From positions 5,536,001 to 5,600,000 of the forward strand of contig OZ245742.1 of NCBI GenBank assembly GCA_965227295.1: a DNA stretch of 64,000 nt, written 5' to 3'. Position 1 is the first letter of the stretch, and each line of letters opens with the position of its first letter. A model generated the notes under the pieces. That model ran no database searches. It was not told the DNA's origin and was given only the letters and a program-made list of their open reading frames with translations. Origin of the DNA: Leptonemataceae bacterium (lineage in GTDB: Bacteria > Spirochaetota > Leptospiria > Leptospirales > Leptonemataceae). Shown here in pieces: positions 18,059 to 27,275 of this stretch. The position numbers and the translations under genes were made by a program.

Positions 18059-18679
18059 TCAGACTTCCCGCAATCGCCGCAACACACCGCGCACCAGAAA
18101 CAACGCCGCGCCACAGTACAATACCAGTCCCAATGTGCGCACCGGAATTGCCGCGCCGTTGCCGAACAACACCACGCCGACGACCCACAGCCAAACCGCC
18201 GCACGCGGCAGCGCCGTGCGTTTCGTAAGATCCAACGCCAGCAACACGAATCCGATCGCGAGCAACGCACCGGACGTCGCCAGCGGTACCATCACACGCA
18301 AATCACCGAACACCAGCGCGCCGTCGAGCGACACCAGCTCCGGAGCATGCGCGGCCGCCACCGGCCACAAGAACGTTTCGTAGTATTGAATTGCGGCGAA
18401 GAGCACCACACCTATCTCCGCCACGATGAGTCCCGCAAAACCGATCGAGCGCGCGGCTTCGACGCGAAACAGAAACAGCGCGGGCAACGACACGGCCCAC
18501 AGCAAACACGCCACGAGACCGATGACGTTGACGGGCAACCATAACTCGTGGCGCACGAGATCCTCAAACGGGCCCGTCACCGGCAACACCAGGCCGACGG
18601 CGAACCACCAGACGATCAGAAGTAACGTAGAGATGAGATACAGGATGGTTAAGATACGGAGGTATGACTCTGTGCGCAT
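18059..18679 (-). CDS. Hypothetical integral membrane protein
   Basis: About 5-6 hydrophobic segments; start chosen at MRTESYL. Confidence 0.75.
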   Translation of the reverse strand: MRTESYLRILTILYLISTLLLIVWWFAVGLVLPVTGPFEDLVRHELWLPVNVIGLVACLLWAVSLPALFLFRVEAARSIGFAGLIVAEIGVVLFAAIQYYETFLWPVAAAHAPELVSLDGALVFGDLRVMVPLATSGALLAIGFVLLALDLTKRTALPRAAVWLWVVGVVLFGNGAAIPVRTLGLVLYCGAALFLVRGVLRRLREV

Positions 18680-18879
18680 GGGATCGATATCACAGAATGC
18701 GCCGGAGTACACAAGTTGAAATTGCGGCCAACGTCTTCGAGAGAAACGCCACCATAGATGAGTCGCACAACCAGCGCCCGGGTCGAAGTTAGCGTTCATA
18801 GCAAAACGACTATCCACAACATTTCTGAAGTCGGACAGGCCCCGGCTTATCCCTTAATCTCGCTGAAGCGAGATTAAGG

Positions 18880-19122
18880 CTCCCGCTCAGCCGCAGCCAA
18901 AGAATCCCCTTCAAAGTTTGGCGACTTACTCTTTTTTCTACGGCAAACGCAACGAACCACAGCTCTTGAACTACCGGAAACGCTCGGACAGTTCGCGCAC
19001 GCCCCGAATCGTGATGTAAGTTGCGGCCAGTTTGCATTAAGGCTTTTTTGGGTACGGCTGGTTCCAGCAGATGAACGGAGGTCATGCCGGGGAATATGGT
19101 AAGGCGCACCGGAACGGCGTCT
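18880..19122. repeat. Non-coding direct repeat, copy 1 (candidate structured RNA)
   Basis: Aligns end to end with 19208-19452, including identical 43-, 24- and 23-nt blocks. Confidence 0.9.
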
Positions 19123-19207
19123 CCGTCGTAAGAAACGTTCCGATCGCTGAGTCACAAACCGACGTCCGGGTCGAGGCGGACAATCTTTGCAAAACGAATC
19201 ACCACAA

Positions 19208-19452
19208 CTCCCGCTCAGCCGTAGCCAAATGAATCCCTTCACCATTGCGCAACTCACCTTGTGTGTCTCACGGCAAATGCCGCGAACTACAGCTCTTGAA
19301 CTACCGGAAACGTTTTATTCATTCGCGGACGCCTCGAATCGTGATGTAAGTTGCGGCCAGTTTGCATTAAGGCTTTTATGGTCACAACCGGTTCCAGCTG
19401 ACGAACGGAGGTTGTGCCGGGGAATGTACTAAGGCGCACCGGAACGGCGTCT
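19208..19452. repeat. Non-coding direct repeat, copy 2 (candidate structured RNA)
   Basis: Aligns with 18880-19122; start-to-start spacing 328 nt. Confidence 0.9.
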
Positions 19453-19517
19453 TCACCCCGGAAAAACGACACTTTCGCTTGCAGAACCATCGGCCTCGGG
19501 CAATCTGCGAGTTAGCA

Positions 19518-20159
19518 ATGCCTCCCGATACATCCGAACGCTTTCGGGTCCAGGGGCCCTCCCGCGCCCTGCGGCGCTATGTGTGGTTCATGTTGCCCCT
19601 GGTATGGGGCCTCTTCAGTAGCCTGGGTCTGCTGGATTTCGATCTTTCGCGCAAACAGATCCCGAAGGCTCCCCTTCCCGGGGCACCGGGGTGGAACCCG
19701 TGCGCAAACATTGATTGGGAGAGAACGGCGCAGGATTATCAGCTCGGCGTGAGCCCCCTCGAAGATTCCGTGATCTATCGCTATCGTGTCGGCCGTCTGA
19801 AAGATCTTCATTTCCGCGCTGCGTACGTATTCAAGAGCCGCAGGGATCGCCCGCTACAGTTCATCCAGGTTCGTTTTCCCGTGAAACTCATCGAGCCGTC
19901 GTTCCTCGATGCACTCAGCGAGCGTAAGGCCGTGGCCCGGCGCAGAATTCAGGCTGAACTCGACGAAGCCATGGAGGCCCCCGCCACAACCGGGCGGCGA
20001 CAGGGTGATCCTGCCTGGGATCGCGTAACACGCACCCGCGTCAGCGCCTGGGGCGATGCAAGCACGCGATGTTTCCTTCTGAACCGGGACGAAGTGCTCC
20101 CGAAACTGAAATCCACGAATAGCGACGACATCTATCTCCAGGTCGAACCGCGCCATTGA
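19518..20159 (+). CDS. Hypothetical protein with N-terminal TM segment
   Basis: Open frame fills the gap before aroC; hydrophobic YVWFMLPLVWGLFSSLGLL. Confidence 0.55.
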   Translation: MPPDTSERFRVQGPSRALRRYVWFMLPLVWGLFSSLGLLDFDLSRKQIPKAPLPGAPGWNPCANIDWERTAQDYQLGVSPLEDSVIYRYRVGRLKDLHFRAAYVFKSRRDRPLQFIQVRFPVKLIEPSFLDALSERKAVARRRIQAELDEAMEAPATTGRRQGDPAWDRVTRTRVSAWGDASTRCFLLNRDEVLPKLKSTNSDDIYLQVEPRH

Positions 20160-20198
20160 TTGACTTGACCCCCGTCCCCGTCGTCCCACACTGAACCC

Positions 20199-21464
20199 GT
20201 GTCGAGCACCACGGGACAGCTCTATCGCATCACAACGTTCGGCGAGTCGCACGGCCCGGGCGTCGGCTGCGTCATTGACGGAGTGCCCGCCGGCGTGCCG
20301 ATTGATCCGGCCGTCATCCAGCATCAGCTCACGCGACGCCGGCCCGGGCAGAGCCGGTTGACCACGCCCCGCAAAGAAGCCGACGAACTCGAGATCTTGA
20401 GCGGCGTCTACAACGGCCGCTCCCTCGGCACACCCATCGCCGTCCTCGTACGCAACACGAACAACAAGGGCAAAGACTACGATCGCTGGGCGCGGGTCTA
20501 CCGCCCGTCCCACGCCGACTATACCTATCACATCAAACACGGCTATCGCACGCCCCACGGCGGCGGACGCGCGTCCGTGCGCGAGACCATCGGACGCGTC
20601 GCGGCCGGAGCGCTGGCCGAACAAATCTTGCGCAACGATCTCGGCATCGAAATCCTCGCCTGGGTCGAGAGTATCGCCGGGGTCAGCACACCGATTTACC
20701 GTCAGTTGTTAAAGGATCCTGGCACCGCGCAGTACGACGACTTCCTGCAACGCGAGGCCGTCGACGCGTCCCTGGTACGCTGTCCCGATCCCGCCGTAAG
20801 CGATCACATGATTCAAATCATAGACGAGGCGCGCAAAGAAGGCAACAGCCTGGGCGGCACGATCGCTTTGCTCGTCCGCAATGTACCGCCGGGCCTCGGC
20901 GAGCCGGTCTTCGATAAGCTCGAGGCGGAACTGGGCAAGGCCTGCCTCAGCATCTCGGCGTGCAAGGGCTTCGAAAGCGGCAGCGGCTTCGACGGAACGC
21001 GCATGTTCGGCAGCGACCACAACGATCTCTTCTACAACACAAACGATCCCGACGCCGGCGCGGCGGAGACGATCGCCGACGGCAGCCCGGTGAACTACCA
21101 CACCGTGCCGGACCTGCGCACGCATACGAATCGCTCCGGCGGCATCCAGGGCGGCATCACCAACGGCATGCCCGTCCTGCTGCGCCTGGCCTTCAAGCCC
21201 GTGGCGACCATTCAGCAATTCCAGGAAACCGTAAATGAATTCGGCGAAACCGAGGAGCTCCGGCCCGGCGGACGCCACGATCCGTGCGTGCTGCCCCGGG
21301 CCGTGCCCATCGTGGAAACCGTCGTAGCCAACGTACTCATGGACATGTACCTGCGCCAGCGCGCGGCGAACCCGAACTGGTGGGAACGCTACGCCCGCCC
21401 GGAAGCCCGGCAGCAGCTCGATCATCTCGCCGACCGGCCGGTGCCGGATGGAGTGCAATCGTGA
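20199..21464 (+). CDS. aroC: Chorismate synthase
   Basis: TTFGESHG, RRRPGQS, RPSHAD, GGGRASVRET, GGIQGGITNG, GRHDPCVLPRA. Confidence 0.97.
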   Translation: MSSTTGQLYRITTFGESHGPGVGCVIDGVPAGVPIDPAVIQHQLTRRRPGQSRLTTPRKEADELEILSGVYNGRSLGTPIAVLVRNTNNKGKDYDRWARVYRPSHADYTYHIKHGYRTPHGGGRASVRETIGRVAAGALAEQILRNDLGIEILAWVESIAGVSTPIYRQLLKDPGTAQYDDFLQREAVDASLVRCPDPAVSDHMIQIIDEARKEGNSLGGTIALLVRNVPPGLGEPVFDKLEAELGKACLSISACKGFESGSGFDGTRMFGSDHNDLFYNTNDPDAGAAETIADGSPVNYHTVPDLRTHTNRSGGIQGGITNGMPVLLRLAFKPVATIQQFQETVNEFGETEELRPGGRHDPCVLPRAVPIVETVVANVLMDMYLRQRAANPNWWERYARPEARQQLDHLADRPVPDGVQS

Positions 21465-21754
21465 AGACTATTCTGCCTGTGCTGCGTACGATCCGCCGCT
21501 TTATTCCGCGCATTTCTTTGCCGGCGGTATTGCTCATCCTGGCACTGCTCTGGAACGGCTGCGGCAACACCTTCGAATCGCAGTCGTGTCTCCGCGGCTG
21601 CGACGACGATCACGACATCTGTCTCATCACCGGCGCGCTCTACAGCCGCACGCCGGACGGCTACGCCTCCTCCTGGTCGCTGCTGTTCCTGGGCTGCCAG
21701 TCCGCGTACTACGTCTGTCAGGATACGTGCAACGGCGGTACGTCGCGACTCTGA
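21461..21754 (+). CDS. Small Cys-rich lipoprotein
   Basis: GTG start overlapping aroC stop (GTGA); LLWNG-C lipobox; paired CxxxC motifs. Confidence 0.7.
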   Translation: MKTILPVLRTIRRFIPRISLPAVLLILALLWNGCGNTFESQSCLRGCDDDHDICLITGALYSRTPDGYASSWSLLFLGCQSAYYVCQDTCNGGTSRL

Positions 21755-21847
21755 AAAACGCTTGCGATACGAATGCACGGGGCGGCTCATTCAAATCATC
21801 ACTTTCGCCGGTCCGTCCGGCTCGCTTTGTTTTACGAGTTACTCTTT

Positions 21848-23113
21848 ATGAAATCATATAAAAAATATCTTACCACCTGCGTCCCGGTCGCGCTGGCGTT
21901 CGTCGCGGCCTGCGGCGAAGAGAAGTTGCCGCCTCTGAATCCGGAGAAACTCTTCGCGGAAACCGAAGAGGCCATCGAGGAATACTACTATTTTCCGCCC
22001 GGCACCGGCTGGACGAAGAGCGGCATCTATACCGCCGCCATCAGCGCCGCCAATGCCGACAGTGACATCCAGCGCCCGGGCAATCGCAAACTGCTGGTGG
22101 AGTACCTGCAATCCCTGCCCGCCGAAGACGGCACCCGCCGCACGAAAACCTACGCTGCCCTGGGGGCGTTGCTCAGCGCGTTGCCCGCGGGCTACAACTC
22201 GTTCACGAAACCCGAAAGCCTGGAGTGGTCCCGGGATCCTTCGCGCGGCGCCGGCGTGGGCCTGGTCATCCGCATGGAACAAACGGGACGGTTCTATGCC
22301 GTGGATACCCTGGAAGGATCTTCATCGTACCGCGCGGGCATGGAACCGGGGCGCTACATTTCTAAGATCGACGGCACGTCAGTTAAGAACATGGACCTCG
22401 AAGAAGTCGTCGGACGGATTCGCGGGCCGGCGGATACCGAGGTCGTCATCGAGTACGACACCGGCAAGAGCTACAATCTCGTTCGCGGCGAGGTCAGCTT
22501 TCGCAATCTTCTGAACGCGTCCTGGGAACTCCCCGGCGGCGCGAAGGCCGAGTACATCATGCTCCGCTCCACCCTGGCGGATACCGTCGGCCAGGTGCGC
22601 GGCCTCATCTCGCGCATCGGCGCGCGCAAGGCCCTCATCCTGGATCTGCGACGATTGCATCACGGCGACTACGAAAACTGCTTCGGCGTCGCGAATCTAT
22701 TCGTGCGCACCGGCTCCCTGGGCGGCATGCGCTTCAAGGAACGCGAGCCGGTGGAGTTCGTGGCCAACTCGGAAAAGATTTTCGGCGGCCGGCTCTACAT
22801 CATCCTCGGCGAAAACGCCTCTCCCTTCGCGGAGGTACTGGCGGCGGCCCTGTCGGTATCCCCGGAGGCGAAACTCGTCGGCGCCCGGGGAGGCGGGCGC
22901 GCCTTCGTCTCGCAGATTCGCGAACTGGCCGGCGGCGTGGAACTCACGCTGACCGAGGGACTGGTCCTCGGTCCCAACGGCGACGCCCTGTATCAGTCCG
23001 GAGTGCCGGTGGACGTCAGCATCAAATCACCGCCGCCTAAAAATCCGCCCCTGGCCGCTCCGGATCTCGCGGACCCCGTCCAGGCCTATCTCGCCAGAGA
23101 GCTGGGACTCTGA
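21848..23113 (+). CDS. S41/CtpA-like lipoprotein with PDZ domain, apparently catalytically degenerate
   Basis: VAA-C lipobox; GVGL...IDG..V......VVGRIRGPADTEV PDZ; LILDLR; catalytic motifs altered. Confidence 0.8.
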   Translation: MKSYKKYLTTCVPVALAFVAACGEEKLPPLNPEKLFAETEEAIEEYYYFPPGTGWTKSGIYTAAISAANADSDIQRPGNRKLLVEYLQSLPAEDGTRRTKTYAALGALLSALPAGYNSFTKPESLEWSRDPSRGAGVGLVIRMEQTGRFYAVDTLEGSSSYRAGMEPGRYISKIDGTSVKNMDLEEVVGRIRGPADTEVVIEYDTGKSYNLVRGEVSFRNLLNASWELPGGAKAEYIMLRSTLADTVGQVRGLISRIGARKALILDLRRLHHGDYENCFGVANLFVRTGSLGGMRFKEREPVEFVANSEKIFGGRLYIILGENASPFAEVLAAALSVSPEAKLVGARGGGRAFVSQIRELAGGVELTLTEGLVLGPNGDALYQSGVPVDVSIKSPPPKNPPLAAPDLADPVQAYLARELGL

Positions 23114-23301
23114 GAAGGCGACGCAAAGGAACGCGTCCAAACGGCGCGAGCACGAACAATATGCGCACCCCCGCGGAACAAAACTGAGCGCCAGGAACGC
23201 CGGGATCGTAGCGGAATCCGCTACAAACGATTCGTGGGCCTACCGCGAGCTGTGTACAATTTTTGAATTGCCTGCACATTCTCTCGCGATTCCATAGTCC
23301 C

Positions 23302-24384
23302 ATGAGCGCACAAACTTTAGATTCTTTACAATTAGAGCATGACCGCCCCATCGCCGCCGAAGACCTGCTGGAACAATACCGCTTCGCCATCGACAAGAGC
23401 ACCATCCTGTCGAAAACGGATTCGAAGGGATTCATTACCTACGCCAACGACGAGTTCTGCCGCATCTCGAAGTACCGCCTGGACGAACTCATCGGTCAAC
23501 GTCACAACATCGTGCGCCATCCGAACATGTCCAAAGAAGCGTTTCGCGAACTGTGGGATACCATCCGCGGACACCGGGCCTGGCACGGCGTAATTGAAAA
23601 CCGCGCCAGGGACGACTCCAGCTACTGGGTAAAAACCACGGTCATTCCCATCATCGGCTCCGGCGGCGAGATCCGCGAACACATCGCCATCCGCAGCGAT
23701 ATCACCGAACAAATCAACGCTCAGCAGCAGTTAGAGCGCGTCCTGGAAGCCACGAGCCGTTTCGTGCCGGAACGTTTCCTGCAACTCCTGGAGCGCGGCG
23801 ATATCGCCGAGGCCCGGCTGGGCGACTCCCGCATGGTGGACGTGACCGTACTCTTCGCCGACATCCGCGGTTTCACCACCATGTCCGAACAGCGTAATCC
23901 GGACGAAATCCTGCACGACCTCAACGCTTTCTATGCGCACATCAATCCGGCAATCCACGATCACGGCGGCGTCATCGACAAGTACGTCGGGGATGCGATC
24001 ATGGCGCTGTTCCCGGAACCGTCCCAGGCCCTCGTCGGCGCCCGGGCCATGCTCCGCCAGCTCGAAGATTTGAACGACCTGCGGCGGAGTGCGGATCTGC
24101 TGCCGTTCAAGATCGGCATCGGCCTGCATACGGGGCGGGTCATCCTCGGAACGGTGGGAACGGAGAACCGGGTGAGTACGACCGTGCTGGGCGACGCCGT
24201 AAACGTGGCCGCCCGCCTGGAGCAATCCACCAAGCGGGTGGACTACGATATCCTGGCTTCGGAGGCCACCATCGCCCTCATTCAGGACCGGACGGACATG
24301 GAACGACTGGGCCGGGTTCAACTGCGCGGACGCCGGGAACCGATTACGGTTTACGGGATCCGTTCCGAAACGCGAAACACATAA
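23302..24384 (+). CDS. PAS domain + class III adenylate/guanylate cyclase
   Basis: GFITYANDEFC...ELIGQRHNIVRHP PAS; LFADIRGFT, DKYVGDAIMALF, GDAVNVAARLE. Confidence 0.93.
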   Translation: MSAQTLDSLQLEHDRPIAAEDLLEQYRFAIDKSTILSKTDSKGFITYANDEFCRISKYRLDELIGQRHNIVRHPNMSKEAFRELWDTIRGHRAWHGVIENRARDDSSYWVKTTVIPIIGSGGEIREHIAIRSDITEQINAQQQLERVLEATSRFVPERFLQLLERGDIAEARLGDSRMVDVTVLFADIRGFTTMSEQRNPDEILHDLNAFYAHINPAIHDHGGVIDKYVGDAIMALFPEPSQALVGARAMLRQLEDLNDLRRSADLLPFKIGIGLHTGRVILGTVGTENRVSTTVLGDAVNVAARLEQSTKRVDYDILASEATIALIQDRTDMERLGRVQLRGRREPITVYGIRSETRNT

Positions 24385-24415
24385 GATCCGCACCGCAGAG
24401 CGCCCGGGCGCGGGC

Positions 24416-26731
24416 TCACTGATACCCCAGGGCCCGACCGGCCTGGTAGACCGCAAGCCCTGCAATGTAAGCGAAGACCGTCATGTACACGAACAGAAAG
24501 GCGGCCCAGCGCCAGTCGTTCAATTCACGCCACACCGTTGCCAGCGTACTCATGCACTGACTGCACAGCGCGAAGAAGACCATCAACGTCAGCGCTACAA
24601 GGGGCGTGTAGACCGGCGTGCCGTCGGGATGTGTTTCGGCGGCCATGCGCGATTTGAGATCGGCGGATTCTTCGTCCACCGCGTCTCCGGCGTTGTAGAT
24701 GATGCCCAGGGTCGCGATGATCACTTCCCGCGCCGGGAACGCACCCAGGATACCCACCGAGATCTTCCAGTCAAAGCCCAGGGGCGCGAAGATCGGCTGC
24801 ACCGTCTTTCCCAGACGCCCGAGATAACTCTGTTCCAGGTACGCACTCGCGATCGCATTGTCCCGTTCGGCCCGCAGTTCTTCGACTACGCTAACATCAT
24901 CTGAAGAGAAGTCAGCGTCTTCCGGGGCTTCGGCGAGTTCCACGGGAACGAGCTCGGACTCCGCCGCCGCGATCATGGGATCGTAACGGGAGTGGATGTT
25001 CTCCGCCACAGAGTCCGGGCGGGGAAAGTAGGACATGGCCCAGATGATGATCGACATGGCGAAGATGATCGTGCCGGCGCGTACGAGAAACTTCTTCGCC
25101 GCCTCTAATGCGCGCCAGAGGACGTTCAATGGATCCGGCCAACGATAGGGCGGTAACTCCAGGACGAACGGAATGGCCGGCGTCTTCAGCACGCCGCGAT
25201 TCAAGAACCAGGCGAAGGGCAACGCCACAAGCGGACCGATGCCGTACATTATAAACAACGTGAGGGCCGCGATGCCCGCGCCGAAGTGCGGTTCAATGAA
25301 CGCGCTGATCATTAAGAGATATACCGGCAGGCGCGCCGAACACGACATCAATGGAGCCACCAGGATCGTGGACAGGCGGGCGCGCGGATCGGGCATGACC
25401 CGCGCGGCCATAATGCCGGGGATGGCGCAGGCGAACGAGGACAGCATGGGAATGAACGCACGGCCGTTGAGACCGGTCCAGCCCAGGAGGCGGTCCATTA
25501 AAAACGCGGCGCGCGCCAGATAGCCGCTGTCCTCGAGAAAGGCGATGAACAAAAAAAGAATCAGGATCTGCGGCAAAAAGATCACCACCGATCCCACGCC
25601 CGCAATGAGGCCGTCGCTTACGAGAGACTGCAACATGGGCGCGGCGGTGAGATAAGCGCCGGCGAGTCCGCTCATCGAACCGAAGGCCTCGTCGATGAGA
25701 TCCATGAACGGCGTGGCCCAGGTATAGATGGACTGGAAGACCAGATACATCACGCCGGAGAAAGCGGCGAGACCCAGGACTCGATGCGTGAGCAGGCTGT
25801 CCAGGCGCGAACTGAAGTCGGAGCTGCTGCGATCCTCGCCGTCCTGTTTTTTTTCGCGTTGCTCCACGCCGCCGAGCACTCCCTCGATCCACTGATAACG
25901 TGCCAGGGCCAGGGACGCCGGATTAAAGTTCAGTGAATGTACCTTAGCGCGGGTATCGTCGAGCACGCCCGCGGCGGTGGACGCCACGCGTTCCGCCAGC
26001 GGGTGCCGGGGATTCAACAAAAGATTGCGCGCTTCGAAACCGGATAGACGAATCCCCTGGGACGCAACGCCCTCGCGCAATTCCGTAACGATGGTTTCCA
26101 TGTCCGACGGAAAGTCCAGCGCAAGCCGCGGACTCATGCCCTGCTCCGGCTCAAGGGCCGCGGCCAGTTCCTCGCGCAGATTCTCCAGGTGTTCCCGCCG
26201 CCGACCGATCACCGGCACCACGGGCACACCCAGGCGTTCCCGGAGCGCCGTCACGTTCACGTTCATGCGCGCCCCGCCCAGAAGATCCGTCATGGTGAGG
26301 GCCACCACCACGGGCAGGTCCAGCTCGGCGATCTGCGTGAACAAAAATAGATTTCGCCGCAGGTTGGTGGCATCGAGGACGAAGAGCACCAGGTCGGGCC
26401 GGTGCACGGCCTCCGTGCGGCGACGATCTTCGCTGACCGGAACGCGCCCCATGAGTACGTCGGCGGCGATCTGTTCGTCCGGTGAGACGGCGCCCAGGCT
26501 GTAGAGTCCGGGCAGGTCCACGACGTCTACGCTCCCCGTTCCAGGGAGCCGCGCCAGGCCGATCTTCTTTTCGACGGTTACGCCCGGATAGTTGCCCACG
26601 CGCTGGCGGGTACCGCACAGGGCGTTGAAGACGGTGGACTTGCCGGTGTTCGGATTGCCCGCCACGACAATAACGGGACGCGCGGGCGGCACCACCGTGG
26701 CGGCGTCGTTCATACTGGGACTCGATTGCAT
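24416..26731 (-). CDS. feoB: Ferrous iron transporter FeoB
   Basis: GNPNTGKS, NYPGVTVE, DLPG.YSL, LEDSGYLARAAF, MSCSARLPVY, AREV. Confidence 0.96.
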   Translation of the reverse strand: MQSSPSMNDAATVVPPARPVIVVAGNPNTGKSTVFNALCGTRQRVGNYPGVTVEKKIGLARLPGTGSVDVVDLPGLYSLGAVSPDEQIAADVLMGRVPVSEDRRRTEAVHRPDLVLFVLDATNLRRNLFLFTQIAELDLPVVVALTMTDLLGGARMNVNVTALRERLGVPVVPVIGRRREHLENLREELAAALEPEQGMSPRLALDFPSDMETIVTELREGVASQGIRLSGFEARNLLLNPRHPLAERVASTAAGVLDDTRAKVHSLNFNPASLALARYQWIEGVLGGVEQREKKQDGEDRSSSDFSSRLDSLLTHRVLGLAAFSGVMYLVFQSIYTWATPFMDLIDEAFGSMSGLAGAYLTAAPMLQSLVSDGLIAGVGSVVIFLPQILILFLFIAFLEDSGYLARAAFLMDRLLGWTGLNGRAFIPMLSSFACAIPGIMAARVMPDPRARLSTILVAPLMSCSARLPVYLLMISAFIEPHFGAGIAALTLFIMYGIGPLVALPFAWFLNRGVLKTPAIPFVLELPPYRWPDPLNVLWRALEAAKKFLVRAGTIIFAMSIIIWAMSYFPRPDSVAENIHSRYDPMIAAAESELVPVELAEAPEDADFSSDDVSVVEELRAERDNAIASAYLEQSYLGRLGKTVQPIFAPLGFDWKISVGILGAFPAREVIIATLGIIYNAGDAVDEESADLKSRMAAETHPDGTPVYTPLVALTLMVFFALCSQCMSTLATVWRELNDWRWAAFLFVYMTVFAYIAGLAVYQAGRALGYQ

Positions 26732-26761
26732 AGGTTTCGGTAGAAAGAAGTTAGTGGCGAC

Positions 26762-27025
26762 TCAGATCGTTTCGACGTAAATCTTCGCGGCCTCGCTCTT
26801 TCGGATGCAGAGGTTGTAGTGCATGATGCGGACTTCCAGCGGGTCGCCCAGGGGCGCACACTTGATGCAGCGTACGTCCTGGCCTGGAACGAAACCCAGC
26901 TCCATGAGGCGCAGCATGTCCGCGTCCCCCGGTTCCGCATCGATGCGCTGGATACGAGCCCGGCGACCGGGCTTTAATTCCGCGAGGCAAAGGACGACCG
27001 GCCCCGAACCAATGGGGGCGTTCAT
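26762..27025 (-). CDS. feoA: Ferrous iron transport protein FeoA
   Basis: RLMELGFVPG...APLGDPLEV...IRKSEA; upstream of feoB. Confidence 0.9.
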   Translation of the reverse strand: MNAPIGSGPVVLCLAELKPGRRARIQRIDAEPGDADMLRLMELGFVPGQDVRCIKCAPLGDPLEVRIMHYNLCIRKSEAAKIYVETI

Positions 27026-27213
27026 GATTTTCTCCGGAGCAGGGTCTCGGGGCGATCGGCCACCCGACACGTTGCGGCGCAGCCGGCGAGGTCCTCGTTG
27101 TCGCGCAACGCCGTGCGCGGTTGCGCCAGCACCCGATAGAAATGTCGCCCCACGTACGCGAGCGCTGCGCCGAGAATCAGGAGGACCGAAAAGCCGTCGA
27201 GAAGGCCGAACAT
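27022..27213 (-). CDS. Small FeoB-associated Cys-containing membrane protein
   Basis: One TM then GCAATC; 4-nt overlap with feoA start. Confidence 0.65.
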   Translation of the reverse strand: MFGLLDGFSVLLILGAALAYVGRHFYRVLAQPRTALRDNEDLAGCAATCRVADRPETLLRRKS

Positions 27214-27275
27214 ATACGGACAGGGTCGCCAGGAAGCGCGCAGTCGGCAAAGATTTTTTTGAGACTCAGTCGCGG

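Noticed and set aside
18880..19452. DGR template/variable repeat pair, CRISPR array or cobalamin riboswitch
   Set aside because: Differences are not adenine-specific and include indels, with no reverse transcriptase nearby. Units are far too long for CRISPR. The GGGAA motif lacks the pairing and downstream B12 box.
18810..19490. Short ORFs of 67-127 aa across the tandem repeats
   Set aside because: Frames are not preserved between copies, and codon usage is unlike real genes here.
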